A stretch of 64,000 nt of DNA from Ignavibacteria bacterium (GTDB lineage Bacteria > Bacteroidota > Ignavibacteria > Kapaibacteriales > Kapaibacteriaceae): positions 16,021 through 80,020 of the forward strand of contig JACPPD010000007.1 in the NCBI GenBank assembly GCA_016191145.1, written 5' to 3'. A program made the position numbers and the translations under genes. The notes under the pieces are model-generated. The model saw nothing but the letters and a program-made list of their open reading frames with translations. It did no database searches and was not told the DNA's origin. Below are positions 20,863 through 30,136 of the stretch, one piece after another. The first letter of the stretch is position 1. The number at the start of each line of letters is the position of its first letter.

Positions 20863-22326
20863 ATGCATTCAAAGATTCGATCTCTGGCGACGGACACCGT
20901 CGTTTACGGCGTGTCGACGGTGCTGGGTCGGTTCCTGACGTTTTTTCTTACACCCCTCTACTCAAATTTTCTGAGTGCGTCCGAGATTGGCGATGTTGCA
21001 GCCATCTATGCGATGATTGCATTCATCGGCATTGTGTATAGTCTTGGCCTTGAACCGGCCTTTATGAGGTTTTGGAAAAAGGACGACGAAGAAAACAACT
21101 CCAGTGTTTTTCGGACGGCATTTCTTGGCGTGGCAGTACTCAGCCTTGTGCCCACAGCATGCATCATGTTGTTTGCACAAGTTATTTCCACATCGGCTGT
21201 ATTGCAATTGGAAGGCACAGGCGCTAGCATAGTCCAGATTGCTGCGTTGATTCCGTTTTTCGATGCTCTGGTATTAATCCCGTTTCTAAAACTGCGGATA
21301 CAGCGGAAACCAGGACAGTTTGCAGTAATGAGGCTCTTGTCTATCGTTGTAAACGTTGTACTCAATGGCCTTTTCCTTATCGGCTTTGGCATGCACACCG
21401 AAGGTGTTGTATTAGCCGGCGCAGTTTCTAGTGCTGTTACATTTTTAATCTTCATTCCGTCAGTGCGTGCAGTATTCTCCGCACAAGGCGGGTTTATCGC
21501 CCTGATTAAGCCGATGTTGAAATATGGGTTACCTACGGTGCCAGCAAGTCTGTCTTCCATAATTGTTCAGGTGGCCGACAGACCCGTTCTGTTAATGCTT
21601 ACAAGCAGCGCTACCGTTGGGATGTATCAGACTAATTTCAGGCTTGCCTTGCCGCTCATGATGTTTGTAACCGTTTTTGAATATGCCTGGAAGCCGTTCT
21701 ATCTGACGCATAGAGACGATGCCGACGCAAAAGAAACGTTTGCAAGGGTACTAACATTATTTACGGTCGCTTGCGGTGTAATATTTCTGGCAACCTCATT
21801 TTTTATGCCATACGTTGTGCGGCTTCCGTTTGTTGGAGGACGTTTTATTAACCCAAACTTCTGGCCGGGGCTTCACATCATTCCAATCATTATGCTTGCA
21901 TATTTCTTCAACGGAGTCTTTATCAATGTTGCAGCCGGATTACACATATCCATGAAAACAATTTGGCTGCCTGTTGCCACAGGTGCAGCTGCATTGCTGA
22001 ACATTGCCGCAACATTTTTGCTGGTACCCCGGATAGACTACGTAGGTGCTGCCTGGGCGAAAGTTGTCGCCTACATTGGAAGTGTGCTGGTACTGTTCTA
22101 CTTTGCGCAGCGCATTTATCCAATAAAGTACAATTTCAAACACGTGGGAATTGCAGTAGTAACATGTGGTCTGCTGTATCTACTCGTCGGTATTCTCCCC
22201 AAGCCTTCAACGCCTCACTTCATAGCGAGTACATTGGCTATTGCCGTCTATGGTGTGCTCCTTGCAGCTGCTGGTGTTATTGGCAAATCAACCATAAACA
22301 CATTGACTGGTTTATTGCGACGATGA
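20863..22326 (+). CDS. Oligosaccharide flippase (Wzx/MOP family)
   Basis: About 12-14 hydrophobic segments. Motifs LATDTVVYGVSTVLGR, LKYGLPTVPA, ADRPVL and AWKPF. Confidence 0.88.
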   Translation: MHSKIRSLATDTVVYGVSTVLGRFLTFFLTPLYSNFLSASEIGDVAAIYAMIAFIGIVYSLGLEPAFMRFWKKDDEENNSSVFRTAFLGVAVLSLVPTACIMLFAQVISTSAVLQLEGTGASIVQIAALIPFFDALVLIPFLKLRIQRKPGQFAVMRLLSIVVNVVLNGLFLIGFGMHTEGVVLAGAVSSAVTFLIFIPSVRAVFSAQGGFIALIKPMLKYGLPTVPASLSSIIVQVADRPVLLMLTSSATVGMYQTNFRLALPLMMFVTVFEYAWKPFYLTHRDDADAKETFARVLTLFTVACGVIFLATSFFMPYVVRLPFVGGRFINPNFWPGLHIIPIIMLAYFFNGVFINVAAGLHISMKTIWLPVATGAAALLNIAATFLLVPRIDYVGAAWAKVVAYIGSVLVLFYFAQRIYPIKYNFKHVGIAVVTCGLLYLLVGILPKPSTPHFIASTLAIAVYGVLLAAAGVIGKSTINTLTGLLRR

Positions 22327-25300
22327 AATACATCCCCTACGCCGTCCTCATTCTTGCCGTGCTCACGGCATGCTCTACAACGGACTCAACTGCACCATCG
22401 ATATCGATGCAGGGCAGACGCGACTTCGAAGACCTGAAGTACGGCGATCCGCGGACTGGTATGATTCCACCGGGTATCCGTCCAAGAGAGCGAAACTTTG
22501 TGAAGTCCATTTCAGACTATCGTAAAAAAAGTGAAGATGTTCAGAATTATGGAGACTTTACGCAGGTTGGCCCGTGGAATATCGGCGGCCGTACAAGGGC
22601 GTTTGCGATTGACGTCACCGACACAAATACACTGTATGCAGGCGGAGTGTCTGGCGGCCTTTGGAAGAGCGCCGATGGGGGCAAAACGTGGATGATGATG
22701 ACGAAGCCGGACGATAATCACACCGTTACGGGACTAACGCAAGACAGGCGTGCAGGTCGAACACAGAATTGGTATTACTGTACTGGCGAAGCGTGGGGTA
22801 ATTCTGCACAGATTACAGGCAATGGGATATTCAAATCAATCGATGGCGGAACCACGTGGAGCGTTCTGCCATCAACGGTAAGCCAGTACACACCCTCTCC
22901 GCATGCATTTGCCTATGGATGGAGGATTGCTACCGATCCTGCAGATACCAATGATGCAGTGTACGTGGCAACGAGCCGCTTTGGAATAATGCGAACAACG
23001 GATGGCGGTGCAACCTGGGTAACAGTACTTCCCACAAATTCGTTTTTCTCCGACGTTGTTATTACAGACGACGGTGTTAAGTACGCAACACTCAGTTCTT
23101 TCACCGGCTCTTCAGGTGTGAAGGCTTCAAAGTGGGGTGTGTATCGTTCGTTAGATGGAGTGAACTGGGTAAACATTACGCCCGTCGATATGAATTCAAA
23201 TGTCAACCGCATTGTAATTGGCCTCATTCCCTCTCAGGCAGAGTCTTTCTTCATCATCGCCGAAACGCCTAACTCGGGTACCAATGGGAAGTTTCGCTTA
23301 ACCGAGGGAATTCGTGACGAATGGCATTCACTATGGAAATACAATTATCTCTCAGGCGATGGATCTGCAGCAGGTGGTCTTTGGGAAAATCGATCGGCTG
23401 GCATACCATTATTTGGTGGACGCAACGGAGATTTCTTTTCGCAGGGTGGATATGATTTGACCGTTGCCTCATTGCCTGATGATACAAACACCGTGGTTCT
23501 TGGTGGCACTAATCTATATCGCTCAACCGATGCATTTCGAACTCCGAATGAGTCGAAGTGGATCGGCGGCTATGGTCCCCCTATTCCCGGCATGTTATTT
23601 AACTCGTATCCAAGACATCATCCGGATCAGCACGTAGTTGTTTTCGATACGCTGCTGCCAAACGTCATGTGGAGTATGAACGATGGCGGAGTGATGCGCA
23701 CAAATAAGATGGACGCAGATTCCGTGGAATGGACTGACCTCAACCGTGGATACTACACCACGCAATTCTATGCCATAGCCGTTCGTGATAAAGAAAATGA
23801 TAATCTTGTGTTAGGGGGCATGCAGGATAATGGGACATGGCAGAGTGTAACACTCGATAGCACTGAACCATGGATTAGAAGGAATGGAGGAGACGGAGCC
23901 TATTGCTACATTTCGAAGGACGCGTTGACCCTATATGTGTCAACGCAGTCGGGTAGAGTGCGCCGGGTAGTTCTCGATGAAGGTGGAAACGAAGTGGCAC
24001 GAACACGCGTAGATCCGATTGGACCTGTACCTGGCGATTATCTGTTCATCAATCCGTTCGCCATCGACCCATCCGACGAAAAGATCATGTATTTGGCGGC
24101 GGGACCAATTCTTTACCGATGCAACGATCTTACCGGAATACCGCTGGGCAGAGACGATTCCACAAACGTCAATTGGGATAGCCTTCCAGCAACGCGTACG
24201 CCTGGCGTAAAGATTTCTGCGGTTGCAGTAACGAATACTGACCACAGAGTGTATTATGGCACTGCAGGGGGCAAGGTATATCGTCTCGACAATGCCAGCA
24301 TTGCACAGCCAACACCTATAGAAAAACTCGCCAAAAGCGGTTATGTAAACAGTATTACAATCCACCCGCAAAACAATGATTTTCTGATAGTATGCTATTC
24401 CAATTATGGCGTTGTGAGCATGTATGCTTCATCCGACGGCGGAGATTCATGGAAGGCAATCTCCGGCAATCTTGAGGAAAATACCGGGGGAGGCGGAAGC
24501 GGACCCGCTGTAAACTGGGCAGCAATTGTGCCCTACAATCAGGATACGACGGTATACGTAGCCGCAACATCGAGCGGATTATACTTTGCACCGCAGCTCA
24601 ATGGTATGTCTACTGTGTGGAGTCCGCTTGCAGAAAAGTCAATTGGAAATGTACCATCCGACGTGGTGGTGGCACGCTTTTCTGACAAAACTGTTTTTGT
24701 TGGCACACATGGCAGGGGAGTATTTAGGGGCAGGATTAATTCGATACCACCACGGGTTCAGCCGCCACAGCTATTGTGGCCAGCACGATCAACCCGAGGA
24801 GTATTGCTGGACGTTGTGTTGAAATGGAATCGGGTACCTGACGCTGTTAGTTATTCAGTTGAGTTGTCCACGGATGCTAACTTTATAACAGAAGTTAATA
24901 TATACGACGGGCTGTTTTCCGATACGCTACGAGTACAGTCGTTGGCACAGGGACCTGTGACGTATTACTGGCGTGTTTTCGCATTCGGTCCTGGTGGCCG
25001 CAGTGAACCATCGGAAACATGGTCGTTTCAAACAGCAGTGCGTCCGCCGAATCTGATCTATCCTCCTCCCGGAGCAACCGATATAGCAGGCAATCCGGTC
25101 AATGTTGTTTGGGAACGTGTTGAAGGAGCCATAGCCTACGATCTGGAAGTGGCGCCGAATTTTACGTTTACAAACCTCGTGTTCAGCAGGAATGGGATAA
25201 CGGATACAGTTGCAGGAGTTACAGGACTTGAAAGCAATAAGCGTTATTTCTGGCATGTGCGTTCTGTCAGCCAGGACACTGCCGGTGTTTGGGCTCAAAG

Positions 25301-25592
25301 GTCAATATTTAATACCGGCATTATTTCATCCGTCGGCGCAGCGCAAGGCCAGCCTTCGCTATCTATAACTCCCAATCCTGCATCGGACAAGATTTCCATT
25401 GAGAAGATTTCCGATTGGAGTATGCCCCTTACCATCACCATCATCGATGTGAGCGGGAAGACAGTAATTCAGCGAACTGCAGATCCTTCGGCTCTTACAC
25501 TCGACGTACGATCGCTTTCACCCGGGCTTTACACAATCAATGTCCAACATGGTAAGATAGTTTACAAAGCACCTTTTCAAATTATTCGTTAA
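22323..25592 (+). CDS. Secreted BNR/Asp-box beta-propeller protein with FnIII-like domains and a T9SS type A CTD
   Basis: True start is ATG 22323, an ATGA overlap with the flippase stop. Lipobox-like VLTAC, GPWNIGGRTRA, repeated SxDGGxTW, YYWRV motifs and CTD ITPNPAS...GLYTINV. Confidence 0.88.
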   Translation: MKYIPYAVLILAVLTACSTTDSTAPSISMQGRRDFEDLKYGDPRTGMIPPGIRPRERNFVKSISDYRKKSEDVQNYGDFTQVGPWNIGGRTRAFAIDVTDTNTLYAGGVSGGLWKSADGGKTWMMMTKPDDNHTVTGLTQDRRAGRTQNWYYCTGEAWGNSAQITGNGIFKSIDGGTTWSVLPSTVSQYTPSPHAFAYGWRIATDPADTNDAVYVATSRFGIMRTTDGGATWVTVLPTNSFFSDVVITDDGVKYATLSSFTGSSGVKASKWGVYRSLDGVNWVNITPVDMNSNVNRIVIGLIPSQAESFFIIAETPNSGTNGKFRLTEGIRDEWHSLWKYNYLSGDGSAAGGLWENRSAGIPLFGGRNGDFFSQGGYDLTVASLPDDTNTVVLGGTNLYRSTDAFRTPNESKWIGGYGPPIPGMLFNSYPRHHPDQHVVVFDTLLPNVMWSMNDGGVMRTNKMDADSVEWTDLNRGYYTTQFYAIAVRDKENDNLVLGGMQDNGTWQSVTLDSTEPWIRRNGGDGAYCYISKDALTLYVSTQSGRVRRVVLDEGGNEVARTRVDPIGPVPGDYLFINPFAIDPSDEKIMYLAAGPILYRCNDLTGIPLGRDDSTNVNWDSLPATRTPGVKISAVAVTNTDHRVYYGTAGGKVYRLDNASIAQPTPIEKLAKSGYVNSITIHPQNNDFLIVCYSNYGVVSMYASSDGGDSWKAISGNLEENTGGGGSGPAVNWAAIVPYNQDTTVYVAATSSGLYFAPQLNGMSTVWSPLAEKSIGNVPSDVVVARFSDKTVFVGTHGRGVFRGRINSIPPRVQPPQLLWPARSTRGVLLDVVLKWNRVPDAVSYSVELSTDANFITEVNIYDGLFSDTLRVQSLAQGPVTYYWRVFAFGPGGRSEPSETWSFQTAVRPPNLIYPPPGATDIAGNPVNVVWERVEGAIAYDLEVAPNFTFTNLVFSRNGITDTVAGVTGLESNKRYFWHVRSVSQDTAGVWAQRSIFNTGIISSVGAAQGQPSLSITPNPASDKISIEKISDWSMPLTITIIDVSGKTVIQRTADPSALTLDVRSLSPGLYTINVQHGKIVYKAPFQIIR

Positions 25593-25625
25593 GGGGCTAG
25601 AAATGTTGGAGTCCAAAGCGGACAC

Positions 25626-25671
25626 ATTGCAACTCACTCCGACCCTGCGGGGGCTGGGAGTGAGTTGCAAT
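25626..25671. repeat. 15-bp perfect inverted repeat (terminator or mobile-element relic)
   Basis: ATTGCAACTCACTCC-(16 nt)-GGAGTGAGTTGCAAT, 33 nt after the stop at 25592. Confidence 0.8.
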
Positions 25672-25955
25672 ACTCGAACGTATAATAATTCCACTTCTCC
25701 GGTAAACTATCGAACGCTGGTGCCTCATCGTATCGAGAAAACTCTGCTCGACCAACAAGTAAGATGTACTTGCCTGGGCGTTATAGTCAATATCGTTGTA
25801 GCGACTGATCCACCAACCGCTTTCCGCAAATAATAGACAATATCATACGAGACATCATATTGATAATGTCAATATAGTTACAATATCAGCCTTTCAATAA
25901 AGTTTTCAATTTAAGATGAAGGATGAATCCAGGCTGCCGTGTAGAAGGAATTTCA

Positions 25956-27593
25956 TCAGCGCCCTATCACTTTTCGTAAGGTCTCCAATAACCCTGGATT
26001 TCTTAGTGAGCTTCCCGCTTGAACAATTAGCCCTGCTGGTGAAACCAGAATGGATTGGGGTATTGCTTCAGCATTGTAATAGCGCTTAACTGGAATTGAC
26101 ATGCTCTTGTCGATTAGAATTGAGGTCCAATGTAATCTGTTCTTTTTAACAAAGTTCCTAACGCGTTCATGTGTATCATCTATTGCTACCAAATTGATTT
26201 CAACACCTAATTGATCTAATTCACCTTCCAGAGATTGTAAATATTGAATGTTTTCAATACACGGCTTACACCATGTCGCCCAAAAATCTAACAGTACATA
26301 CTTACCGTTCATTCTTGGAAATATCATGCCCTGTTTGACTTCACCACTATCAGTTCCAGGTATGTCAATAGCCTTCCTACCGATTAGTGATTCATTTTTG
26401 ATAAATCTGCGTTGAAAACCTTCATAGGCATTTGTGCCCAAATAGGCACTAATTAACATCGACCTGTATGATTCAGATTCAACCGAATCTTGCAATGCAA
26501 CATAGACTTCGTATAGGAAAGCAATAACTGTCGCTTTGTATTCATCATCAACGTTATCTAATTGGCAGAATTCTAACGTGTGCTTTCGAATGATTTTACT
26601 TGATGTGATGAACGCAAATGTTGGGAGAGCTCCCTCTAAACCCAGACCCCATGTTGAAGGGAAGTGCCCAAGCTCTTCATCTACAGTATGCACTAACTCA
26701 CTATCTGCTTTATCCTTTTTAACAAACCACTTAATTGAATTATACTCCACAAAGGCTTTTAGCAATTGCAGCCGTATACCTTGATTTGTCTCCGTACGAA
26801 TGTTCTTCCCAACAATCGTTGCATTGGCGTTCGCCTGGTCGTACCACTCGCTCACCTTTTGATCATCTCTCAATAGGCGTAAACTCGCCATTACCTTTTC
26901 CAATCCGACGTACGTATCATATACTGCCTGTTGCGTTGGTTTCTCAAAATGAACCTCGGGATTTGTTACTTGAGAAGACATTGGCGACGCACAATATTCA
27001 AGTGTTACAAATGCTTCCCTACATCTTACAACACCAATCCAATCACCGCCACGATCAACTGCGAAATCATCAAACTTTGTCGGACAGTGACTTCTGGTTT
27101 CTAGTTCATCACCTAAAACCTGGTACCTAATGTCCGTAGTACACGGAAACCTATAGGACCAGCAAGTTCCAGCTCCCCTCTCTGGCTTCACGATTTGGAT
27201 AATCGAGTCTGCTTCGTTCAGAATAATAAAATTAATCGATGTATCCTTGATTGCGTATGGAGTGAGTTTGACATCAATTGAGTACTTATGCTCATTAGAC
27301 GAAACAAGAATAGGAATGTAAAGAGGTTTACATTCTGGGCTTGAAAAAACCAACTTATACCACCCTTGCGGCAACCTAACATCGATATCATAATCGCCAT
27401 CAACATTTGTGCCTGTCGTTACAAATGTCCTGCTTAAGTCAGGTGTCCGAATTTGAACAACTGACTTCTTATACCTTGCTGTTTCATGAACTCTAACTCT
27501 ACCGTTCACAACTATTTCGTTGGAATCACTATTCTGACATTGTACATTTTGTTGTAGCACAAGCATCGAGACAATAAGCAGTATCGCAATCAT
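25956..27593 (-). CDS. TlpA-type thioredoxin/redoxin with N-terminal secreted domains
   Basis: Likely start MIAILLIVSML at 27593 with a GAGGG RBS. C-terminal YVLLDFWATWCKPC...AIPQSILVSPAG. The longer 722-aa ORF is an upstream read-through across IS debris. Confidence 0.85.
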   Translation of the reverse strand: MIAILLIVSMLVLQQNVQCQNSDSNEIVVNGRVRVHETARYKKSVVQIRTPDLSRTFVTTGTNVDGDYDIDVRLPQGWYKLVFSSPECKPLYIPILVSSNEHKYSIDVKLTPYAIKDTSINFIILNEADSIIQIVKPERGAGTCWSYRFPCTTDIRYQVLGDELETRSHCPTKFDDFAVDRGGDWIGVVRCREAFVTLEYCASPMSSQVTNPEVHFEKPTQQAVYDTYVGLEKVMASLRLLRDDQKVSEWYDQANANATIVGKNIRTETNQGIRLQLLKAFVEYNSIKWFVKKDKADSELVHTVDEELGHFPSTWGLGLEGALPTFAFITSSKIIRKHTLEFCQLDNVDDEYKATVIAFLYEVYVALQDSVESESYRSMLISAYLGTNAYEGFQRRFIKNESLIGRKAIDIPGTDSGEVKQGMIFPRMNGKYVLLDFWATWCKPCIENIQYLQSLEGELDQLGVEINLVAIDDTHERVRNFVKKNRLHWTSILIDKSMSIPVKRYYNAEAIPQSILVSPAGLIVQAGSSLRNPGLLETLRKVIGR

Positions 27594-27629
27594 GAATTCC
27601 CTCACTGAATTTGTGATGTATACTTCATG

Positions 27630-27856
27630 GTAACCGCCCCGGCAAGCTCCCCTGTTAATCATCATTATGATGAAATACCTTCGCGACACAACATACGAAC
27701 ATGACGCAAAAACGATGTTTGGTGTGCTGGAGGCGTGGAAGCAGAGCGGATTCGGGGGACAGAAGCACTCCCCAGCGGTATCGGGAATCGTGATAGTCCT
27801 GCCCAGTGGCGTCCGTATTGAAGTGCTCTGATGCTTGCCTGGCCACAGCAGATCCT
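27630..27856 (+). mobile_element. IS66-derived remnant, copy 1 (left end, internally deleted tnpA, start of tnpB)
   Basis: Begins GTAACCGCCCC (IS66 ends begin GTAA). Encodes MKYLRD...MFGVLEAWKQSG...IVIVLPSGVRIEVL*, overlapping by TGATG with MLAWPQQI, the tnpA/tnpB arrangement. Confidence 0.65.
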
Positions 27857-27969
27857 TTCTCCCGGCGTTTCTCCCGGCGTTTCTCCCGGCGTTTCTCCCG
27901 GCGTTTCTCCCGGCGTTTCTCCCGGCGTTTCTCCCGGCGTTTCTCCCGGCGCTTCTCCCGGCGTTTCTC
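27856..27969. repeat. 12-bp tandem repeat (TTTCTCCCGGCG) x9.5
   Basis: Nine full units (the ninth is the variant CTTCTCCCGGCG) plus TTTCTC. Confidence 0.97.
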
Positions 27970-28177
27970 TGATTCGGATCCACACCGTATTGCTCACACA
28001 ATTCCGAGATCGGCCGCTTCTGCTCATAATGCTCACGCAAGATTCTTACTTTCTCTTCGGCTGTGAAATGCCGTCGTGCTCCTTTGCCAGACATCACTGC
28101 TCGTGTGTTGCGAGACTCGTGCAAAGTATTGCTTAGAACTTTATGCTGGACTGTCCCATTTTACCTGAAGTACTAGA
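27970..28177 (-). mobile_element. IS3-family remnant: degenerate left end plus 5' part of orfA (HTH)
   Basis: Translates as RRHFTAEEKVRILREHYEQKRPISELCEQYGVDPNQ, an HTH_Tnp_1-like segment cut off at the tandem repeat. An IR-like TCTAGTACTTCAGGTAAAATGGGACA lies at 28177-28152. Confidence 0.7.
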
Positions 28178-28254
28178 GTATTTCCCCTCACTGGTAAAAG
28201 AAATGTGGCATCGATATTTGACAATCAATGCCACATAACATTATGTAAGGAATC

Positions 28255-28602
28255 TTACTTGGTCGAAAATTTAGGCCAAGCTAATTCATTCTTGATTTGG
28301 TGATATACTACTAGTACAAAAATGACCACTGTAGGTGTACCAACGACATACTCAACCCAGGTTGGAATCATTGCTACACTGCCCAACACGAACAATGAAG
28401 CGAGAGCCAAATTGAAAACGACGAGACTAAAGCTCACGTATCTGATAAATCTGGAAAAAATTCCAGTTCTTACCAAAATTAGAAATCCAAGCATGCTCAT
28501 AATCGTTATCACTAGCATACTTGCGGGCACATCCAGAATCGGTGTCGACCAAAACAAAAGCACACCCAACGCTACGAAGAGTACTGACTCTAGAATCTTC
28601 AT
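28255..28602 (-). CDS. Small 4-TM hypothetical membrane protein
   Basis: 115 aa, almost entirely hydrophobic, in AT-rich DNA. Confidence 0.6.
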   Translation of the reverse strand: MKILESVLFVALGVLLFWSTPILDVPASMLVITIMSMLGFLILVRTGIFSRFIRYVSFSLVVFNLALASLFVLGSVAMIPTWVEYVVGTPTVVIFVLVVYHQIKNELAWPKFSTK

Positions 28603-28680
28603 GTGTCATCCATTGAACTAATCTTTGTACGAAAACTACAAACTATTACCATCTGAATGTGATATGCAATCATACGAATC

Positions 28681-29868
28681 TTACTTCGAGCTCACGCCTT
28701 TGAATCCTAAATAATATCCATATTCCTTCTTGTACAAAATTGTACAGAGGCTTTTCGTTTTTTCTCCATCCCGGGTTACGACATTTTCGACGCCTGACAA
28801 GTAATCCGTGTTGTTACGATAGCACCCGGTAATTTCAAAACCAGAGTCTGTTGCGTGCAATTGTACATAATAGGTTTGCACAATTCCACCCTCTCTCATT
28901 TTTACCGCCAAACGAACATTGGATTCGTCAAGTTTTGTTGGCGAACTCACAAACACAATATTTGTAGAATCAAAGCCGATTGGTTTCAGGAGATCTGTTA
29001 AACTCACAGACTTTGTCTCTAACAAGTTCTTATCTACGTATTGGATTGACGTGCCTTGCTGGCTTGTGAAAACAATTGGCTTGTTCTCTAGAGAAATCGG
29101 TGTGACAAAATATCCGCCATATCGTGGCTTGACAGCATCCTGTTTACTTAGGTAAACCAATTTATCAAGTGCTTTACCATTTGAAGAATAGGTCTGAAAT
29201 ATTGGCAAGGAATCAGTCGATTTTTGCCTAATCTTGTTCTTGTCAAATACTGTAATCATCCATCCTTCGTTTGTGGGCAAGAAGCCAGTCGTTTGAGGCT
29301 GAAGAACTTCGTCGAGCTCTATTAGTGTCACTCTTTCAATGTTTGAAAAAGTACGGTCGTACGTAACGATCGAAGCACATGGCACCCACAAGAACGTGCT
29401 GTCGCGGTACCTAATTGCTGGTACGCTAATCTCAGTGAGAATAGAAATAGAAGCGTCGGCTGAAGTTCTTGCCATACGATATTTGGATTTCCCACCAGTT
29501 GGCGAATTACCCGTAGCGCTCAATTGACTGCTATTTAGTTCAGTCAAAATCTCAAAACCTTGCCCCAAAAATTGATTACCATACTTTTCAATCAGAGAAT
29601 CCGTTAGTGATTCATCAGGTGTAAAAGTTCTCTCTATCCTTCCATTGTTCATGTTTATACAATAGATCTGACCATACTGAAAGTCGGAGATAAACACAAC
29701 AGAATCATTTAATTGTTCAAGGGCGAAGGTCGCAAGGACCGCGCCACTGTCATTGTCTTGAATTTTTACAATCCGATCGAATTCCAAATTCTGTACTCGT
29801 ACCAGACTGCAAGCCGATACACAAGTCAACTCAAGTAATACACATAATAACATGACCAAAGTTTGCAT
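28681..29868 (-). CDS. Hypothetical secreted or lipoprotein, beta-propeller-like
   Basis: Likely start MQTLVMLLCVLLELTCVSAC with a lipobox-like VSAC. Segment VFISDFQYGQIYCINMNNG resembles a propeller blade. AT-rich. Confidence 0.65.
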   Translation of the reverse strand: MQTLVMLLCVLLELTCVSACSLVRVQNLEFDRIVKIQDNDSGAVLATFALEQLNDSVVFISDFQYGQIYCINMNNGRIERTFTPDESLTDSLIEKYGNQFLGQGFEILTELNSSQLSATGNSPTGGKSKYRMARTSADASISILTEISVPAIRYRDSTFLWVPCASIVTYDRTFSNIERVTLIELDEVLQPQTTGFLPTNEGWMITVFDKNKIRQKSTDSLPIFQTYSSNGKALDKLVYLSKQDAVKPRYGGYFVTPISLENKPIVFTSQQGTSIQYVDKNLLETKSVSLTDLLKPIGFDSTNIVFVSSPTKLDESNVRLAVKMREGGIVQTYYVQLHATDSGFEITGCYRNNTDYLSGVENVVTRDGEKTKSLCTILYKKEYGYYLGFKGVSSK

Positions 29869-29908
29869 AGAAATTGGCTCTGTGTTTTTGATAAAAGATT
29901 GAAACAAA

Positions 29909-30136
29909 GTATCCGCCCCAGCAGGTACATCTGTTTACTCAACAAACAGATGAAATACCTTCGCGACACAACATACGAACATGACGCAAAAACAATGTTT
30001 GGTGTGCTGGAGGCGTGGAAGCAGAGCGGATTCGGGGGACAGAAGCACTCCCCAGCGGTATCGGGAATCGTGATAGTCCTGCCCAGTGGCGTCCGTATTG
30101 AAGTGCTCTGATGCTTGCCTGGCCACAGCAGATCCT
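29909..30136 (+). mobile_element. IS66-derived remnant, copy 2
   Basis: Begins GTATCCGCCCC. 29949-30136 is identical to 27669-27856 except for one base (G27714/A29994). Confidence 0.65.

Noticed and set aside
21963-22322. 120-aa N-terminal extension of the 1209-aa ORF
   Set aside because: It overlaps the flippase in another frame. The real signal peptide starts at ATG 22323.
25593-25630. GGGG-starting sequence as a Tn3 38-bp inverted repeat
   Set aside because: It lacks the TAAG inner end, and no partner repeat or transposase is present.
27856-27969. 12-bp repeat run as a CRISPR array
   Set aside because: The units are contiguous with no spacers, they are too short, and no cas genes are present.
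27669-30136. 188-bp repeat pair as a DGR template/variable repeat, or as prophage att sites
   Set aside because: There is only one mismatch, and no reverse transcriptase, integrase or phage genes. The content reads as IS66 tnpA/tnpB.
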